Assembly (NCBI GenBank): GCA_946477805.1
Contig: CAMKZP010000001.1
Span: 1-54,155 of the forward strand
Source of the DNA: an uncultured Enterobacter sp.
GTDB lineage: Bacteria > Pseudomonadota > Gammaproteobacteria > Enterobacterales > Enterobacteriaceae
DNA: 54,155 bases
Direction of reading: 5' to 3'
Translations under genes and position numbers: made by a program
Notes under the pieces: generated by a model
The model's database searches: none
The model's input: the letters and a program-made list of their open reading frames with translations, nothing else
Told to the model about the DNA's origin: nothing
Shown here: positions 1 through 13,656 of the stretch, one piece after another
Layout: every line of letters begins with the position of its first letter
How positions within the stretch are numbered: position 1 is the first letter of the stretch

Positions 1-453
1 GTTACCACGCTCCATGCGCAGGCGAGAGTTCGCGTGCAGCGGCGTTAAGTTCTCGAACAGGATCTTATTGCGCGAGTTTTCCGGCTTATCGTAGTTAACT
101 TCGTTAACTTTCAACAGCGCAAAGTAGCGTTCACCCTCTTTAGGAGGACGAATCTTACCTGAAATGGTGTCACCAGTGCGGAGGTTGAAACGGCGGATTT
201 GGCTAGGGGATACGTAGATGTCGTCAGGGCCGGCGAGGTAGGAGCTGTCTGCAGAACGGAGGAAACCAAATCCGTCTTGCAATATCTCCAGCACACCGTC
301 GCCAAAGATATCTTCGCCACTCTTAGCGTGCTGCTTCAGGATGGCGAAAATGATGTCCTGCTTGCGCATACGAGCCTGGTTTTCCAGCCCCATATTTTCG
401 CCGAGAGTAATCAGCTCAGAAACCGGCGTATTCTTTAATTCGGTAAGATTCAT
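1..453 (-). CDS. rho: Transcription termination factor Rho, N-terminal 151 codons (runs off the window edge)
   Basis: Reverse complement from 453 reads [66 protein letters not shown]; lies downstream of trxA. Absent from the ORF track because it is truncated. Confidence 0.98.
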   Translation of the reverse strand, partial: MNLTELKNTPVSELITLGENMGLENQARMRKQDIIFAILKQHAKSGEDIFGDGVLEILQDGFGFLRSADSSYLAGPDDIYVSPSQIRRFNLRTGDTISGKIRPPKEGERYFALLKVNEVNYDKPENSRNKILFENLTPLHANSRLRMERGN

Positions 454-715
454 AATGGTGTGGGTTCTTAAACTCGGGGTGATACTCGAACTTAATGTTG
501 TGAATGGTATGGCAGGGTCATCCATGCCTGTTTAGCGGCCATCAACTCATGTCTGTTCGCTGTCTGGTACAGGGAAAGAACGCAGAACTGAAACGACAAG
601 ACGGATTGAGTGACAAGCCCGGAATCTAGCAACTTCACGCACTGTTTATCGCAACAACGGGAAGTATCGGGTAAAACAAGATTCAAACAACAAGATATGT
701 TTAAAACGAAGTCAT
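454..715 (-). promoter_or_regulatory. rho 5' leader (autoregulatory Rho-dependent attenuation region)
   Basis: Pyrimidine-rich minus-strand stretch GTCACTCAATCCGTCTTGTCGTTTCAGTTCTGCGT matches the E. coli rho leader as I recall it. Confidence 0.7.
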
Positions 716-719
716 AGCT

Positions 720-748
720 AACTTAGCACGACTAAAGCCGGGCGTCCA
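720..748 (-). promoter_or_regulatory. Putative sigma70 promoter of rho
   Basis: Minus strand TGGACG-17 bp-TAAGTT with TG extended -10 (TGcTAAGTT). Confidence 0.5.
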
Positions 749-793
749 GAGCCCGCCAAAATTTAGGCTGTCTGGACGCTCAGCCGAGAAACC

Positions 794-1123
794 TTACGCC
801 AGGTTAGCGTCCAGGAACTCTTTCAGTTGACCTTTGGACAGTGCGCCCACTTTGGTCGCCGCCACTTCGCCGTTTTTGAACAGCAGCAGGGTCGGGATAC
901 CACGGATACCGTATTTTGGCGCGGTGCCCGGGTTCTGGTCGATGTTCAGCTTGGCAACGGTCAGTTTGCCCTGATATTCGTCAGCGATCTCATCCAGAAT
1001 CGGGGCGATCATTTTGCAGGGACCACACCATTCAGCCCAGAAATCGACGAGGATCAGCCCGTCAGCTTTAAGTACGTCCGTGTCAAAACTGTCGTCAGTC
1101 AGGTGAATAATTTTATCGCTCAT
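794..1123 (-). CDS. trxA: Thioredoxin 1
   Basis: [13 protein letters not shown] start, WCGPC active site, 109 aa; true start at 1123 (GGAG SD upstream) rather than ORF-track 1198. Confidence 0.99.
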   Translation of the reverse strand: MSDKIIHLTDDSFDTDVLKADGLILVDFWAEWCGPCKMIAPILDEIADEYQGKLTVAKLNIDQNPGTAPKYGIRGIPTLLLFKNGEVAATKVGALSKGQLKEFLDANLA

Positions 1124-1267
1124 ATATAACTCCACAGGAATAAGCCTGGTACGTTGGTTTTGTCTCCACCAACGACGTGTTGATGTCGCATTAACCAACT
1201 AAAGGTTGACTTTATTTCACCGGATACGCTTTCGTAAAGCAATAGTAAGCTGATATTCTACCACACT

Positions 1268-2536
1268 ATGAGCAAAACACATTTAACAGAACAGAAGTTT
1301 TCCGACTTCGCCCTGCACCCAAAAGTCATCGAAGCCCTTGAAACTAAAGGGTTTCATAACTGCACGCCCATTCAGGCTCTCGCTCTGCCGCTAACGCTGG
1401 CCGGACGCGATGTTGCAGGGCAGGCGCAAACCGGTACTGGCAAAACGATGGCGTTTTTAACGTCAACGTTTCATTATTTACTTTCTCACCCAGCGATTGC
1501 AGACCGCAAAGTTAACCAGCCGCGCGCGCTAATTATGGCCCCGACGCGAGAACTGGCGGTACAGATCCACGCAGACGCTGAACCCCTGGCGCAGGCTACC
1601 GGCCTGAAGCTCGGCCTGGCCTACGGCGGCGACGGCTACGATAAACAGCTGAAAGTGCTGGAAAGTGGTGTGGATATCCTGATCGGTACCACCGGTCGTC
1701 TTATCGACTACGCCAAACAGAACCACATTAACCTCGGCGCCATCCAGGTGGTTGTGCTTGATGAAGCTGACCGCATGTACGATCTGGGCTTCATCAAAGA
1801 CATCCGCTGGCTGTTCCGCCGCATGCCGGTAGCAACCCAGCGCCTGAACATGCTGTTCTCCGCCACCCTTTCCTATCGCGTACGTGAGCTGGCGTTCGAG
1901 CAGATGAACAACGCCGAATACGTAGAAGTCGAACCCGAGCAGAAAACCGGTCACCGCATTAAAGAAGAGCTCTTCTACCCTTCTAACGAAGAGAAAATGC
2001 GCCTGCTGCAAACGCTGATCGAAGAAGAGTGGCCCGATCGCGCCATTATCTTTGCGAACACCAAACACCGCTGTGAAGACATCTGGGGCCATCTGGCCGC
2101 GGACGGCCACCGTGTTGGCCTGCTGACCGGCGACGTAGCGCAGAAAAAACGCCTGCGTATTCTTGAAGAATTCACCCGTGGGGATCTGGACATTCTGGTC
2201 GCCACCGACGTCGCCGCACGCGGTCTGCACATTCCAGCCGTAACGCACGTCTTTAACTATGACCTGCCGGATGACTGTGAAGACTACGTACACCGCATCG
2301 GTCGTACCGGTCGCGCGGGCGCAAGCGGGCACTCTATCAGCCTTGCGTGTGAAGAGTATGCGCTGAATCTTCCAGCCATTGAGACCTACATCGGTCACTC
2401 TATTCCGCAGAGCAAATATAACCCGGAAGCGCTGTTAAGCGAATTGCCGCCGCCTAAGCGCCTTAGCCGCCCACGCACCGGCAATGGCCCGCGTCGTTCT
2501 GGCGGCGCACCGCGTAACCGTCGTCGTTCAGGTTAA
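1268..2536 (+). CDS. rhlB: DEAD-box RNA helicase RhlB (degradosome)
   Basis: [15 protein letters not shown] and HRIGRTGR motifs; Arg-rich C-tail; divergent from trxA. Confidence 0.98.
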   Translation: MSKTHLTEQKFSDFALHPKVIEALETKGFHNCTPIQALALPLTLAGRDVAGQAQTGTGKTMAFLTSTFHYLLSHPAIADRKVNQPRALIMAPTRELAVQIHADAEPLAQATGLKLGLAYGGDGYDKQLKVLESGVDILIGTTGRLIDYAKQNHINLGAIQVVVLDEADRMYDLGFIKDIRWLFRRMPVATQRLNMLFSATLSYRVRELAFEQMNNAEYVEVEPEQKTGHRIKEELFYPSNEEKMRLLQTLIEEEWPDRAIIFANTKHRCEDIWGHLAADGHRVGLLTGDVAQKKRLRILEEFTRGDLDILVATDVAARGLHIPAVTHVFNYDLPDDCEDYVHRIGRTGRAGASGHSISLACEEYALNLPAIETYIGHSIPQSKYNPEALLSELPPPKRLSRPRTGNGPRRSGGAPRNRRRSG

Positions 2537-2542
2537 GTCGCT

Positions 2543-4027
2543 ATGCTCAGTTCTACCTCGCTCTACGCAGCTATCGATCTCGGATCCAATAGTTTTCATA
2601 TGCTGGTGGTGCGCGAGGTGGCGGGAAGCATACAGACGCTGACGCGCATTAAGCGCAAGGTCCGCCTCGCGGCGGGCCTGAGCAGCGATAATCACCTCTC
2701 CCCGGAAGCCATGGAGCGTGGCTGGCAGTGTCTGCGCCTTTTTGCGGAACGTCTGCAGGACATCCCCCCGACGCAGATTCGCGTTGTCGCCACGGCAACA
2801 CTCCGTCTGGCCGTCAACGCCGTGGATTTCATCGCCAAAGCGCAGGAGATCCTCGGTTGTCCGGTGCAGGTGATCAGCGGTGAAGAAGAAGCGCGCCTGA
2901 TTTATCAGGGCGTAGCGCACACGACGGGCGGCGACGATCGCCGCCTGGTCGTCGATATCGGCGGTGCCAGTACCGAACTGGTTACGGGTACGGGTGCGCA
3001 AGCAACGTCTCTGTTCAGCCTGTCGATGGGCTGTGTCACCTGGCTCGAACGTTATTTCACTGACCGCAATCTCGCTCAGGAGAACTTCGACGAGGCTGAA
3101 AACGCCGCGCGCGAGGTGCTGCGTCCGGTGATGGACGAGCTGCGCTACCACGGCTGGAAAGTGTGCGTCGGCGCGTCCGGAACCGTTCAGGCGCTGCAGG
3201 AAATTATGATGGCGCAGGGGATGGATGAGCGCATCACGCTCGCTAAACTCCAGCAGCTGAAGCAGCGCGCGATTCAGTGCGGCCGCCTGGAAGAGCTTGA
3301 AATTGAAGGGCTGACGCTGGAACGGGCGCTGGTTTTTCCCAGCGGGCTTGCCATTCTGATTGCCATTTTCAGCGAGCTGAACATTAAGTGTATGACCCTG
3401 GCGGGCGGCGCGCTACGCGAGGGCTTGGTCTACGGGATGCTGCATCTTTCGGTCGATCAGGACATTCGAAGCCGTACGCTGCGCAACGTGCAGCGTCGCT
3501 TTATGGTTGACAGCGATCAGGCCAACCGCGTGGCACAGCTGGCGTCCTATTTCGCCGATCAGGTCGCAAACTGTTGGGATTTGGAACCGTTAAGCCGCGA
3601 TTTACTGCTGAGCGCCTGCGCGCTCCATGAAGTGGGTTTGAGCATTGATTTTAAGCAGGCTCCGGCTCACGCGGCCTATCTGGTACGAAATCTCGACCTG
3701 CCGGGCTATACGCCCGCACAAAAAAAGCTCCTCGCGACTCTGCTTCTTAACCAGACCAACCCGGTAGACCTCTCCTCACTGCATCAGCAAAACGCCGTAC
3801 CGCCGCGCGTCGCCGAGCATTTGTGTCGCTTGCTGCGTCTGGCGATTCTATTTGCCAGCCGCCGTCGCGACGATTTGCTGCCCGCCATTAGCCTGGTCGC
3901 GCAAGAGGAAAAGCTTTCCCTGACCCTTCCAAAAAACTGGCTGGATCATCACCCGCTTGGGGCGGAGCTGATCGAGCAGGAGTGCCAGTGGCAAAGCTAC
4001 GTACACTGGGCGCTTGAGGTGAAGTGA
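2543..4027 (+). CDS. gppA: pppGpp pyrophosphatase
   Basis: [12 protein letters not shown] and VDIGGASTE Ppx/GppA motifs; follows rhlB. Confidence 0.97.
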   Translation: MLSSTSLYAAIDLGSNSFHMLVVREVAGSIQTLTRIKRKVRLAAGLSSDNHLSPEAMERGWQCLRLFAERLQDIPPTQIRVVATATLRLAVNAVDFIAKAQEILGCPVQVISGEEEARLIYQGVAHTTGGDDRRLVVDIGGASTELVTGTGAQATSLFSLSMGCVTWLERYFTDRNLAQENFDEAENAAREVLRPVMDELRYHGWKVCVGASGTVQALQEIMMAQGMDERITLAKLQQLKQRAIQCGRLEELEIEGLTLERALVFPSGLAILIAIFSELNIKCMTLAGGALREGLVYGMLHLSVDQDIRSRTLRNVQRRFMVDSDQANRVAQLASYFADQVANCWDLEPLSRDLLLSACALHEVGLSIDFKQAPAHAAYLVRNLDLPGYTPAQKKLLATLLLNQTNPVDLSSLHQQNAVPPRVAEHLCRLLRLAILFASRRRDDLLPAISLVAQEEKLSLTLPKNWLDHHPLGAELIEQECQWQSYVHWALEVK

Positions 4028-4040
4028 TCCGCTGAACATC

Positions 4041-4069
4041 GCCCGGAGGCGCTACGCTGCCGGGCCCAC
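4041..4069. repeat. Degenerate REP palindrome between convergent gppA and rep
   Basis: GCCCGGAGGCGCTACGCTGCCGGGCCCAC resembles the Enterobacter/Klebsiella-type REP GCCCGGTGGCGCTACGCTTACCGGGCCTAC. Confidence 0.65.
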
Positions 4070-4075
4070 AAAAAA

Positions 4076-6467
<2,392 letters not shown>

Positions 6468-6469
6468 TT

Positions 6470-6501
6470 AAAAAGCCCGGTGAATGCACCGGGCTTTTTT
6501 T
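6470..6501. terminator. Bidirectional intrinsic terminator between ppiC and cysE
   Basis: AAAAAGCCCGGTG-AATG-CACCGGGCTTTTTTT. Confidence 0.9.
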
Positions 6502-6520
6502 GTCGCTGGATCCTGGCAGC

Positions 6521-7342
6521 TCAAATGCCGTCGCCATACTCGAAGGTGTGGTGGATGCCGTTAAAATGCTGATCCATGTCCATCGACGGCTTATCGCTGT
6601 CTGGCTTACCTACGATACGCGCCGGTACGCCAGCCGCGGTGGTGTGCGGCGGTACAGGCTGCAGGACAACCGATCCCGCACCTATCTTCGCCCCGCGCCC
6701 GACTTCAATGTTGCCGAGGATCTTCGCTCCCGCGCCAATCATCACCCCTTCACGGATCTTCGGATGACGATCGCCGCTGGTTTTACCGGTACCGCCCAGG
6801 GTAACAGACTGCAGAATCGAGACGTCGTCTTCTATCACTGCCGTTTCACCCACCACGATGCCGGTGGCGTGATCGAGCATGATCCCGCGGCCAATTTTCG
6901 CCGCCGGGTGAATGTCCACCTGGAAGGTCACGGATACCTGATTTTGCAGGAAGATAGCCAGCGCCCGGCGGCCTTCATTCCATAACCAGTGGCCGATGCG
7001 GTAAGCCTGAAGCGCATGGAAACCCTTCAGATACAGCAGCGGGGTGGAGTATTTATCCACCGCCGGGTCACGCGTGCGCACGGCCTGGATATCACAGGCG
7101 GCAGAGGCGATCATCTCCGGATCAGCGGCGTAGGCCTCTTCCACCACTTCACGAATGGCAATAGCAGGCATGATCGAGGAAGACAGCTTGTTGGCGAGCA
7201 TATAGCTCAGGGCGCTGCCGAGATTTTCGTGCTTGAGTAGCGTCGCGTGGTAGAAACTGGCCAGCATGGGCTCGCAGTCCGCCAAAGCCCGCGCTTCGGC
7301 TTTAATATTGTTCCAGACGATATCCAGTTCTTCACACGGCAT
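6521..7342 (-). CDS. cysE: Serine O-acetyltransferase
   Basis: MPCEELDIVWNNIK start, hexapeptide repeats (DIHPAAKIGRGIMLDH), C-terminal FEYGDGI CysK-binding tail. Confidence 0.99.
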   Translation of the reverse strand: MPCEELDIVWNNIKAEARALADCEPMLASFYHATLLKHENLGSALSYMLANKLSSSIMPAIAIREVVEEAYAADPEMIASAACDIQAVRTRDPAVDKYSTPLLYLKGFHALQAYRIGHWLWNEGRRALAIFLQNQVSVTFQVDIHPAAKIGRGIMLDHATGIVVGETAVIEDDVSILQSVTLGGTGKTSGDRHPKIREGVMIGAGAKILGNIEVGRGAKIGAGSVVLQPVPPHTTAAGVPARIVGKPDSDKPSMDMDQHFNGIHHTFEYGDGI

Positions 7343-7365
7343 TGCATACTCCAGACGATATGTTA

Positions 7366-7397
7366 ATGACCGGCCAGTTCTTTGCTGGCCGGGTCAT
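7366..7397. other. Stem-loop in gpsA-cysE intergenic region (no U tract; possible mRNA stability or processing element)
   Basis: ATGACCGGCCAG-TTCTTTG-CTGGCCGGGTCAT. Confidence 0.55.
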
Positions 7398-7420
7398 ATA
7401 GCGATCAAGGTTCCCTGCGA

Positions 7421-8440
7421 TTAGTTGCTGCTGCGCTCGTCCTTGCGCGCACGACCTAATAAGGTCAATGCTGCCTCGCGCGCATTTTTTCCGCAATACA
7501 ATACCTGATAAATTTCCTCGGTTATTGGCATTTCGACACCGAAACGGTGGGCCAACTCGCGGACTTCTTTGGTATTGCGGTAGCCTTCAACCACCTGGCC
7601 AATCTTCTCCTGCGCGGCTTTCACATCGCTACCCTGGCCGAGCATCATGCCAAAGCGGCGGTTACGCGACTGGTTATCGGTGCAGGTCAGCACCAGATCG
7701 CCCAGGCCCGCCATCCCCATAAAGGTGGCCGGATCGGCGCCCAGCGCTGCGCCAAGGCGCGACATTTCGGTCAGCCCACGGGTGATAAGCGCAGTACGTG
7801 CGTTCGCACCAAAACCAATGCCGTCAGACATCCCGGCGCCGATGGCAATCACGTTCTTCACCGCACCGCCCAGCTGTACGCCGATAAAATCAGGGTTGCT
7901 GTAAACGCGGAAGCTCTTGCCGCAGTGCAGCAATTGTTGAAGATCGTCGGAAAACACCCGATCGGTGGACGCCAGTGAAATCGCCGTTGGCAGGCCAGCA
8001 GCGAGCTCTTTAGCAAAGGTTGGCCCGGAGATCACGGCCAGGGGAATATCATCGCCCAGGGCTTCGCGAGCAACGTCCTGCAGCAGGCGTCCGGTTTCCG
8101 CTTCAAGACCTTTTGTCGCCCACACAATGCGTGCATCCGGGCGCATCAGCGGTTTAATCTGACGCAGGACTTCACCAAAGACGTGGCTTGGCACCACAAT
8201 CAGAATATTGCGGCTGGCCGCCAGCGCGGTCGCGAGGTCACTTTCCAGGTACAGAGAGTCCGGGAACGGAACGTCCGGGAGAAACGCGACGTTGCAGCGG
8301 TCGTGTTGCAACGTCGCGATATGTTTGGGATCGTGGCCCCACAGGACCACATCGTGACCATTTCTTGCCAACGTGATAGCAAGAGCGGTGCCGTATGAGC
8401 CGGCACCGATCACAGTCATTGACGCATTAACAGTGCTCAT
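7421..8440 (-). CDS. gpsA: NAD(P)H-dependent glycerol-3-phosphate dehydrogenase
   Basis: GAGSYGTA Rossmann motif, [18 protein letters not shown]. Confidence 0.98.
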   Translation of the reverse strand: MSTVNASMTVIGAGSYGTALAITLARNGHDVVLWGHDPKHIATLQHDRCNVAFLPDVPFPDSLYLESDLATALAASRNILIVVPSHVFGEVLRQIKPLMRPDARIVWATKGLEAETGRLLQDVAREALGDDIPLAVISGPTFAKELAAGLPTAISLASTDRVFSDDLQQLLHCGKSFRVYSNPDFIGVQLGGAVKNVIAIGAGMSDGIGFGANARTALITRGLTEMSRLGAALGADPATFMGMAGLGDLVLTCTDNQSRNRRFGMMLGQGSDVKAAQEKIGQVVEGYRNTKEVRELAHRFGVEMPITEEIYQVLYCGKNAREAALTLLGRARKDERSSN

Positions 8441-8907
8441 CAGGCATCCTGATGTTGTTCGGCACCTTCGCCAGACTGCTGCTGCAGATAGTTCATGAAC
8501 AGCGCATCAAAGTTTACTGGCGCCAGGTTCAGCTGCGGGAATGTACCGCGGGAAACCAGGCTGGTGATGCATTCACGCGCATACGGGAACAGAATGTTCG
8601 GGCAGTATGCACCCAGGCAATGCGCCATCTGGTTGCCTTCGATACCGCCAACGGAGAAGATGCCGCCCTGCTGAACTTCACACAGGAATGCAGTTTCTTC
8701 GCCGAGAGACGCGGTAACGGTCACACGCAGTACGACTTCATACACATCATCCGCCAGCTGGGTGGATGCGGTATCAAGATCAAGTTTAACCTCTGGCTGC
8801 CAATCTTTCTGGAAAACGTGTGGTGCATTTGGCGCTTCGAAAGAGACATCCTTGGTGTAGATACGCTGGATCTGGAAAGTCATTTCGGTGTTGTTTTGTT
8901 CTGACAT
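8440..8907 (-). CDS. secB: Protein export chaperone SecB
   Basis: [27 protein letters not shown]. Confidence 0.99.
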   Translation of the reverse strand: MSEQNNTEMTFQIQRIYTKDVSFEAPNAPHVFQKDWQPEVKLDLDTASTQLADDVYEVVLRVTVTASLGEETAFLCEVQQGGIFSVGGIEGNQMAHCLGAYCPNILFPYARECITSLVSRGTFPQLNLAPVNFDALFMNYLQQQSGEGAEQHQDA

Positions 8908-8939
8908 GGAAAAACCCTTTTTAATTGTCCTAAAGTCTC

Positions 8940-9191
8940 TTAGCGCAGCAGGGGATCGAGTCCACCGCTTGCGTCGAGCGCATACAAGTCATCACAGCCG
9001 CCAATGTGCTGCGCATCAATAAAAATCTGCGGAACCGTCGTGCGACCACTACGTTGGATCATCTCTTCGCGTTTTATCGCATCACCATCGATCGGCAGTT
9101 CCTGGAAAGTCACGCCTTTGCTGTTCAGCAGCGCTTTCGCGCGGTGGCAGAACGGGCAGGTTGCTTTGGTGTAGATCTCAATATTGGCCAT
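8940..9191 (-). CDS. grxC: Glutaredoxin 3
   Basis: CPFC active site, TVPQIFI, GGCDDL; 83 aa. Confidence 0.97.
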   Translation of the reverse strand: MANIEIYTKATCPFCHRAKALLNSKGVTFQELPIDGDAIKREEMIQRSGRTTVPQIFIDAQHIGGCDDLYALDASGGLDPLLR

Positions 9192-9202
9192 CACTGAACT
9201 CC

Positions 9203-9634
9203 TTATTTACCGCGAACCAAAGGAAGATTTTCCCCGCTCCAGCCGGAAATGCCTTCTTTCAGTACCGTTACGTTTTCGAAGCCTGCTTTATGCAGCGCAT
9301 TGGCAGACTCCTGCGCCTGCATGCCGGTGCCGTCAACAACGATAATAGGCTGGGCTTTATGTTTATCCAGCTCACCCAGGTTGTTCGCTTTGATCTCAGC
9401 AGGCAGCAGGTTAATGGAGCCTGCAATATGTCCTTTGCGGAAATCATCGCGCTGACGCAGATCGACCACGACGGCATCTTCTTTATTGATCAAACGCGTG
9501 GCTTCACCACGGGTGATCACCTTAATTTTAGACGTCAGCCCCTTAAAGGTGGTGAACAGCACTGCGGCCAGCAGGCCAATCCACGCGATGCTCAGAACCG
9601 GGTGACGGCTAACAAACTGCATAATTTCTTGCAT
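9203..9634 (-). CDS. yibN: Membrane-anchored rhodanese-domain protein
   Basis: MQEIMQF start, N-terminal hydrophobic helix, [13 protein letters not shown] rhodanese motif; synteny with grxC-secB. Confidence 0.93.
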   Translation of the reverse strand: MQEIMQFVSRHPVLSIAWIGLLAAVLFTTFKGLTSKIKVITRGEATRLINKEDAVVVDLRQRDDFRKGHIAGSINLLPAEIKANNLGELDKHKAQPIIVVDGTGMQAQESANALHKAGFENVTVLKEGISGWSGENLPLVRGK

Positions 9635-9818
9635 GGGGGGTAACAACTCCCGACTAAGTGATTAAAAAAACCAGGTGAGGAGTATACCTGTGCGTTGTGG
9701 CAAATACAGCCAGCGACATTAAGCTAATCCATTTTCTGCGGCATGCCACGAAAAAAAAGCCTCAAAATGAGCGGGGAATCGCCATGCCCCTACGCATTCT
9801 TTGATCTTCTGCGGCTAT

Positions 9819-9832
9819 TTTATCGATTCAGC
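9819..9832. promoter_or_regulatory. Cra (FruR) binding site upstream of gpmI
   Basis: Minus strand GCTGAATCGATAAA fits the Cra consensus; TAAAAT -10 element at 9838-9843. Confidence 0.65.
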
Positions 9833-9882
9833 TGTAGTAAAATTACGCAAATTTTTTGTCTCTTGAGCATGAGGTTGTCGCA

Positions 9883-11427
9883 ATGTCGGTTTCTAAAAAA
9901 CCTATGGTACTGGTGATTCTGGATGGCTATGGCTACCGTGAGGACAGCCAGGATAACGCCATTTTCAACGCCAAAACTCCGGTTATGGATGCGCTGTGGG
10001 CAAAACGTCCGCATACCCTGATTGATGCGTCTGGCCTGGAAGTGGGTCTGCCGGATCGCCAGATGGGCAACTCCGAAGTGGGTCACGTGAACCTGGGCGC
10101 GGGCCGCATCGTGTATCAGGACCTGACCCGTCTGGACGTCGAAATCAAGGAACGTACCTTCTTCTCTAACCCGACGCTGTGTGGCGCGGTAGATAAAGCC
10201 GTGGCCGCTGGCAAAGCCGTGCATATCATGGGCCTGCTCTCAGCAGGCGGCGTTCACAGCCACGAAGATCACATCATGGCGATGGTTGAGCTGGCAGCGG
10301 AACGTGGCGCTGAGAAAATCTATCTGCATGCGTTCCTGGACGGCCGCGATACGCCACCGCGCAGCGCTAAAGATTCACTCAACGCGTTTGAAGACAAATT
10401 TGCCGCGCTGGGCAAGGGCCGCGTGGCGTCCATCATCGGCCGCTACTACGCGATGGACCGCGACAACCGCTGGGATCGTGTGGAACAGGCCTACGATCTG
10501 CTGACCCTGGCGAAAGGTGAATTCCAGTTCGCAACTGCCGTTGACGCGCTGGAAGCCGCCTATGCGCGTGATGAGAACGACGAGTTCGTAAAAGCGTCCG
10601 TTATTCGTGCTGAAGGCCAAGCTGATGCGGCCATGGAAGACGGCGATGCGCTGATCTTCATGAACTTCCGCGCTGACCGCGCGCGTGAAATTACCCGCGC
10701 ATTCGTGAACAGCGATTTCGACGGTTTCGCCCGTAAAAAAGTGGTGAAGCTCGACTTCATCCAGCTGACCGAATACGCCGCAGACATCAAGGCGCCTTGC
10801 GCCTATCCGCCGGCCTCGCTGGCCAATACCTTCGGCGAGTGGATGGCGAAGAACGATAAAACGCAGCTGCGTATCTCTGAAACCGAGAAGTACGCGCACG
10901 TGACCTTCTTCTTTAACGGCGGCGTCGAAGAGCCGTTCAAAGGGGAAGACCGCATCCTGATTAACTCGCCGAAAGTCGCCACCTACGACCTGCAGCCAGA
11001 AATGAGCTCTGCAGAACTGACTGAAAAACTGGTTGCGGCAATCGAAAGCGGTAAGTACGACACCATCATCTGTAACTACCCGAACGGCGACATGGTTGGC
11101 CACACCGGCGTGATGGAAGCCGCGGTTAAAGCGGTTGAAGCGCTCGATAACTGCGTTGAGCAGGTCGCGAAAGCGGTCGAATCCGTTGGCGGCCAGCTGC
11201 TGATCACCGCCGACCACGGCAACGCGGAGCAGATGCGTGACCCGGCAACCGGCCAGGCGCACACCGCGCATACCAACCTGCCAGTTCCGCTGATTTATGT
11301 TGGTGATAAATCAGTGAAAGCAGTGGAAGGCGGCAAGCTTTCCGACATCGCGCCAACCATGCTGACGCTGATGGGCATGCCGATCCCTGAAGAGATGACT
11401 GGTAAGCCGCTGTTCATCGTGGAATAA
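9883..11427 (+). CDS. gpmI: 2,3-bisphosphoglycerate-independent phosphoglycerate mutase
   Basis: [24 protein letters not shown] and TADHGN motifs; 514 aa from ATG 9883 with GAGG SD. Confidence 0.98.
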   Translation: MSVSKKPMVLVILDGYGYREDSQDNAIFNAKTPVMDALWAKRPHTLIDASGLEVGLPDRQMGNSEVGHVNLGAGRIVYQDLTRLDVEIKERTFFSNPTLCGAVDKAVAAGKAVHIMGLLSAGGVHSHEDHIMAMVELAAERGAEKIYLHAFLDGRDTPPRSAKDSLNAFEDKFAALGKGRVASIIGRYYAMDRDNRWDRVEQAYDLLTLAKGEFQFATAVDALEAAYARDENDEFVKASVIRAEGQADAAMEDGDALIFMNFRADRAREITRAFVNSDFDGFARKKVVKLDFIQLTEYAADIKAPCAYPPASLANTFGEWMAKNDKTQLRISETEKYAHVTFFFNGGVEEPFKGEDRILINSPKVATYDLQPEMSSAELTEKLVAAIESGKYDTIICNYPNGDMVGHTGVMEAAVKAVEALDNCVEQVAKAVESVGGQLLITADHGNAEQMRDPATGQAHTAHTNLPVPLIYVGDKSVKAVEGGKLSDIAPTMLTLMGMPIPEEMTGKPLFIVE

Positions 11428-11436
11428 TCGCTCCCC

Positions 11437-12720
11437 ATGAGGGGAAAGGCGATTTTTTCAATCACATGGGTCGTGAAGCCGCTTAGGTTATCAGTCAGAC
11501 CTCTGCTTTACGCCAGCGCGCTCAGCGCTGGCGTATTGCTGTGCGCCACATCCGCCCACGCGGACGATCGCGACCAGCTAAAATCCATTCAGGCCGATAT
11601 CGCCGCTAAAGAGCGCGCGGTACGCCAGCAGCAGCAGCAGCGCGCCTCCCTCCTTGCGCAGCTTAAGAAGCAGGAAGAAGCCATCTCCGCTGCCGCACGT
11701 AAACTCCGTGAAACGCAAAACACCCTCGCCCAGCTGAATAAGCAGATCGATGAAATGAATGCGTCGATTGCCAGGCTGGAGCAGCAGCGCGACGCGCAGG
11801 AGCGTAACCTTGCGGCTCAGCTCGACGCCGCTTTCCGCCAGGGTGAACACACCGGCCTGCAGCTGATCCTCAGCGGTGAAGAGAGCCAGCGCGGTCAACG
11901 CCTGCAGGCCTACTTCGGCTATCTGAACCAGGCGCGTCAGGAAACAATTGCGCAGCTGAAGCAGACGCGAGAAGAGGTCACCACGCAAAAAGCCGAGCTG
12001 GAAGAGAAGCAGAGCCAGCAGCAGACGCTGCTCTACGATCAGCAGGCCCAGCAGGCGAAACTGGAACAGGCGCGCAGCGAGCGTAAGAAAACCCTGTCCG
12101 GCCTGGAGTCTTCCATTCAGCAAGGCCAGAGCCAGCTGAGCGAAATGCGCGCCAACGAATCGAAACTGCGCAACAGCATTGCCCGTGCCGAAGCGGCGGC
12201 GAAGGCGCGCGCTGATAAAGAGGCACGTGAGGCGCAGGCGGTTCGCAACAAGCAGCAGGAAGCGTCCCGCAAAGGCACCACCTACAAACCCAGCGAAAGC
12301 GAACGTTCCCTGATGTCGCGCACGGGTGGTTTAGGCTCTCCTCGCGGCCAGGCCTACTGGCCCGTACGCGGCTCAATTCTGCATCGCTATGGCGAACAGC
12401 GGCAGGGTGAGGTACGTTGGACAGGTATAGTTATCGGTGCGTCTGAAGGTAGCGAAGTGAAAGCCATCGCCGATGGCCGCGTGATCCTGGCCGACTGGCT
12501 GCAGGGTTACGGGCTGGTCGTGGTGGTTGAACACGGTAAAGGAGACATGAGCCTTTACGGTTACAACCAGAGCGCGCTGGTCAGCGTCGGCACACAGGTG
12601 CGCGCAGGTCAACCCATCGCCCTTGTGGGCAGCAGTGGCGGTCAGGGCCGCCCGTCACTCTATTTCGAAATTCGTCGCCAGGGTCAGGCGGTCAATCCAC
12701 AGCCGTGGTTGGGAAGATAA
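11437..12720 (+). CDS. envC: Murein hydrolase (amidase) activator EnvC
   Basis: Signal region, long coiled coil, degenerate LytM domain (LQGYGLVVVVEHG...LYFEIRR). Confidence 0.96.
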   Translation: MRGKAIFSITWVVKPLRLSVRPLLYASALSAGVLLCATSAHADDRDQLKSIQADIAAKERAVRQQQQQRASLLAQLKKQEEAISAAARKLRETQNTLAQLNKQIDEMNASIARLEQQRDAQERNLAAQLDAAFRQGEHTGLQLILSGEESQRGQRLQAYFGYLNQARQETIAQLKQTREEVTTQKAELEEKQSQQQTLLYDQQAQQAKLEQARSERKKTLSGLESSIQQGQSQLSEMRANESKLRNSIARAEAAAKARADKEAREAQAVRNKQQEASRKGTTYKPSESERSLMSRTGGLGSPRGQAYWPVRGSILHRYGEQRQGEVRWTGIVIGASEGSEVKAIADGRVILADWLQGYGLVVVVEHGKGDMSLYGYNQSALVSVGTQVRAGQPIALVGSSGGQGRPSLYFEIRRQGQAVNPQPWLGR

Positions 12721-12723
12721 GTT

Positions 12724-13656
12724 TTGCTTCAATTTCGTCACATCGTACTCTCCGTCGCCAGCGCGCTGGCGCTGGCTGCACCGGTTTACGCAGGTAAACT
12801 CGCCATCGTGATAGATGACTTCGGTTATCGTCCGCATTACGAAAACCAGGTGCTGGCGATGCCGTCAGCCATCTCCGTCGCCGTTCTCCCTAACGCGCCA
12901 CACGCGCGTGAGATGGCGACCAAAGCCCACAACAGCGGCCATCAGGTTCTGATCCATCTGCCAATGGCACCGCTCAGCAAGCAGCCGCTGGAAAAAGATA
13001 CGCTTCGCCCGGAGATGAGCAGCGACGAGATCGATCGTATTATCCGCGACGCCTATAACAAAGTGCCGTTTGCCGTCGGTCTGAACAACCATATGGGCAG
13101 CGCTATGACCTCCAGCCTGTACGGCATGCTGAAAGTGATGCAGTCGCTGGAGCGTTATAACCTCTATTTCCTCGACAGCATGACCATCGGCAACAGTCAG
13201 GCCATGCGTGCGGCCCAGGGAACGGGCGTGAAGGTCATCAAGCGCAAAGTGTTCCTGGATGATACCCAGAACGACGCGGACATCCGGATGCAGTTTAATC
13301 GCGCCGTGCAGCTGGCCCGCCGGAACGGTTCGGCCATTGCCATCGGTCACCCGCACCCTTCTACCGTGCGCGTCCTGCAGCAAATGCTGCCAGCCTTACC
13401 TGCTGATATCACGCTGGTCCGCCCAAGCGACCTGCTCAACGAGCCGCAGGTAGATACTTCGACGCCAAACTCGGGGCAGCCCGCTACATCAGCACCGCGT
13501 AATCCCTTCCGTGGCGTGAAGAGCTGTAAGCCGAAACAGCCGCTTGAGCCGGTAAATGCCACCCGCTTTTTCTCGGTGATCGGAGAGAGCGTCGGTGAAA
13601 GCACGCTGGTTAAATACGTGCAGCAGCAGTGGCAGGGATGGGGCAGAAAAGCCTAG
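12724..13656 (+). CDS. yibQ: Divergent polysaccharide deacetylase family protein
   Basis: Signal peptide, AIVIDDFG, HLPMAP, NNHMGS and AIGHP motifs; TTG start. Confidence 0.92.
   Translation: MLQFRHIVLSVASALALAAPVYAGKLAIVIDDFGYRPHYENQVLAMPSAISVAVLPNAPHAREMATKAHNSGHQVLIHLPMAPLSKQPLEKDTLRPEMSSDEIDRIIRDAYNKVPFAVGLNNHMGSAMTSSLYGMLKVMQSLERYNLYFLDSMTIGNSQAMRAAQGTGVKVIKRKVFLDDTQNDADIRMQFNRAVQLARRNGSAIAIGHPHPSTVRVLQQMLPALPADITLVRPSDLLNEPQVDTSTPNSGQPATSAPRNPFRGVKSCKPKQPLEPVNATRFFSVIGESVGESTLVKYVQQQWQGWGRKA

Noticed and set aside
794-1198. N-terminally extended ORF-track versions of trxA, ppiC, gpmI, hldD, waaA, coaBC, slmA, rph and yicH
   Set aside because: Longest-ORF artefacts; downstream starts match the known N-termini and lengths
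9635-9641. G7 tract just upstream of the yibN start as a phase-variation switch
   Set aside because: Short, outside the CDS, and a similar run is normal at this locus as I recall it
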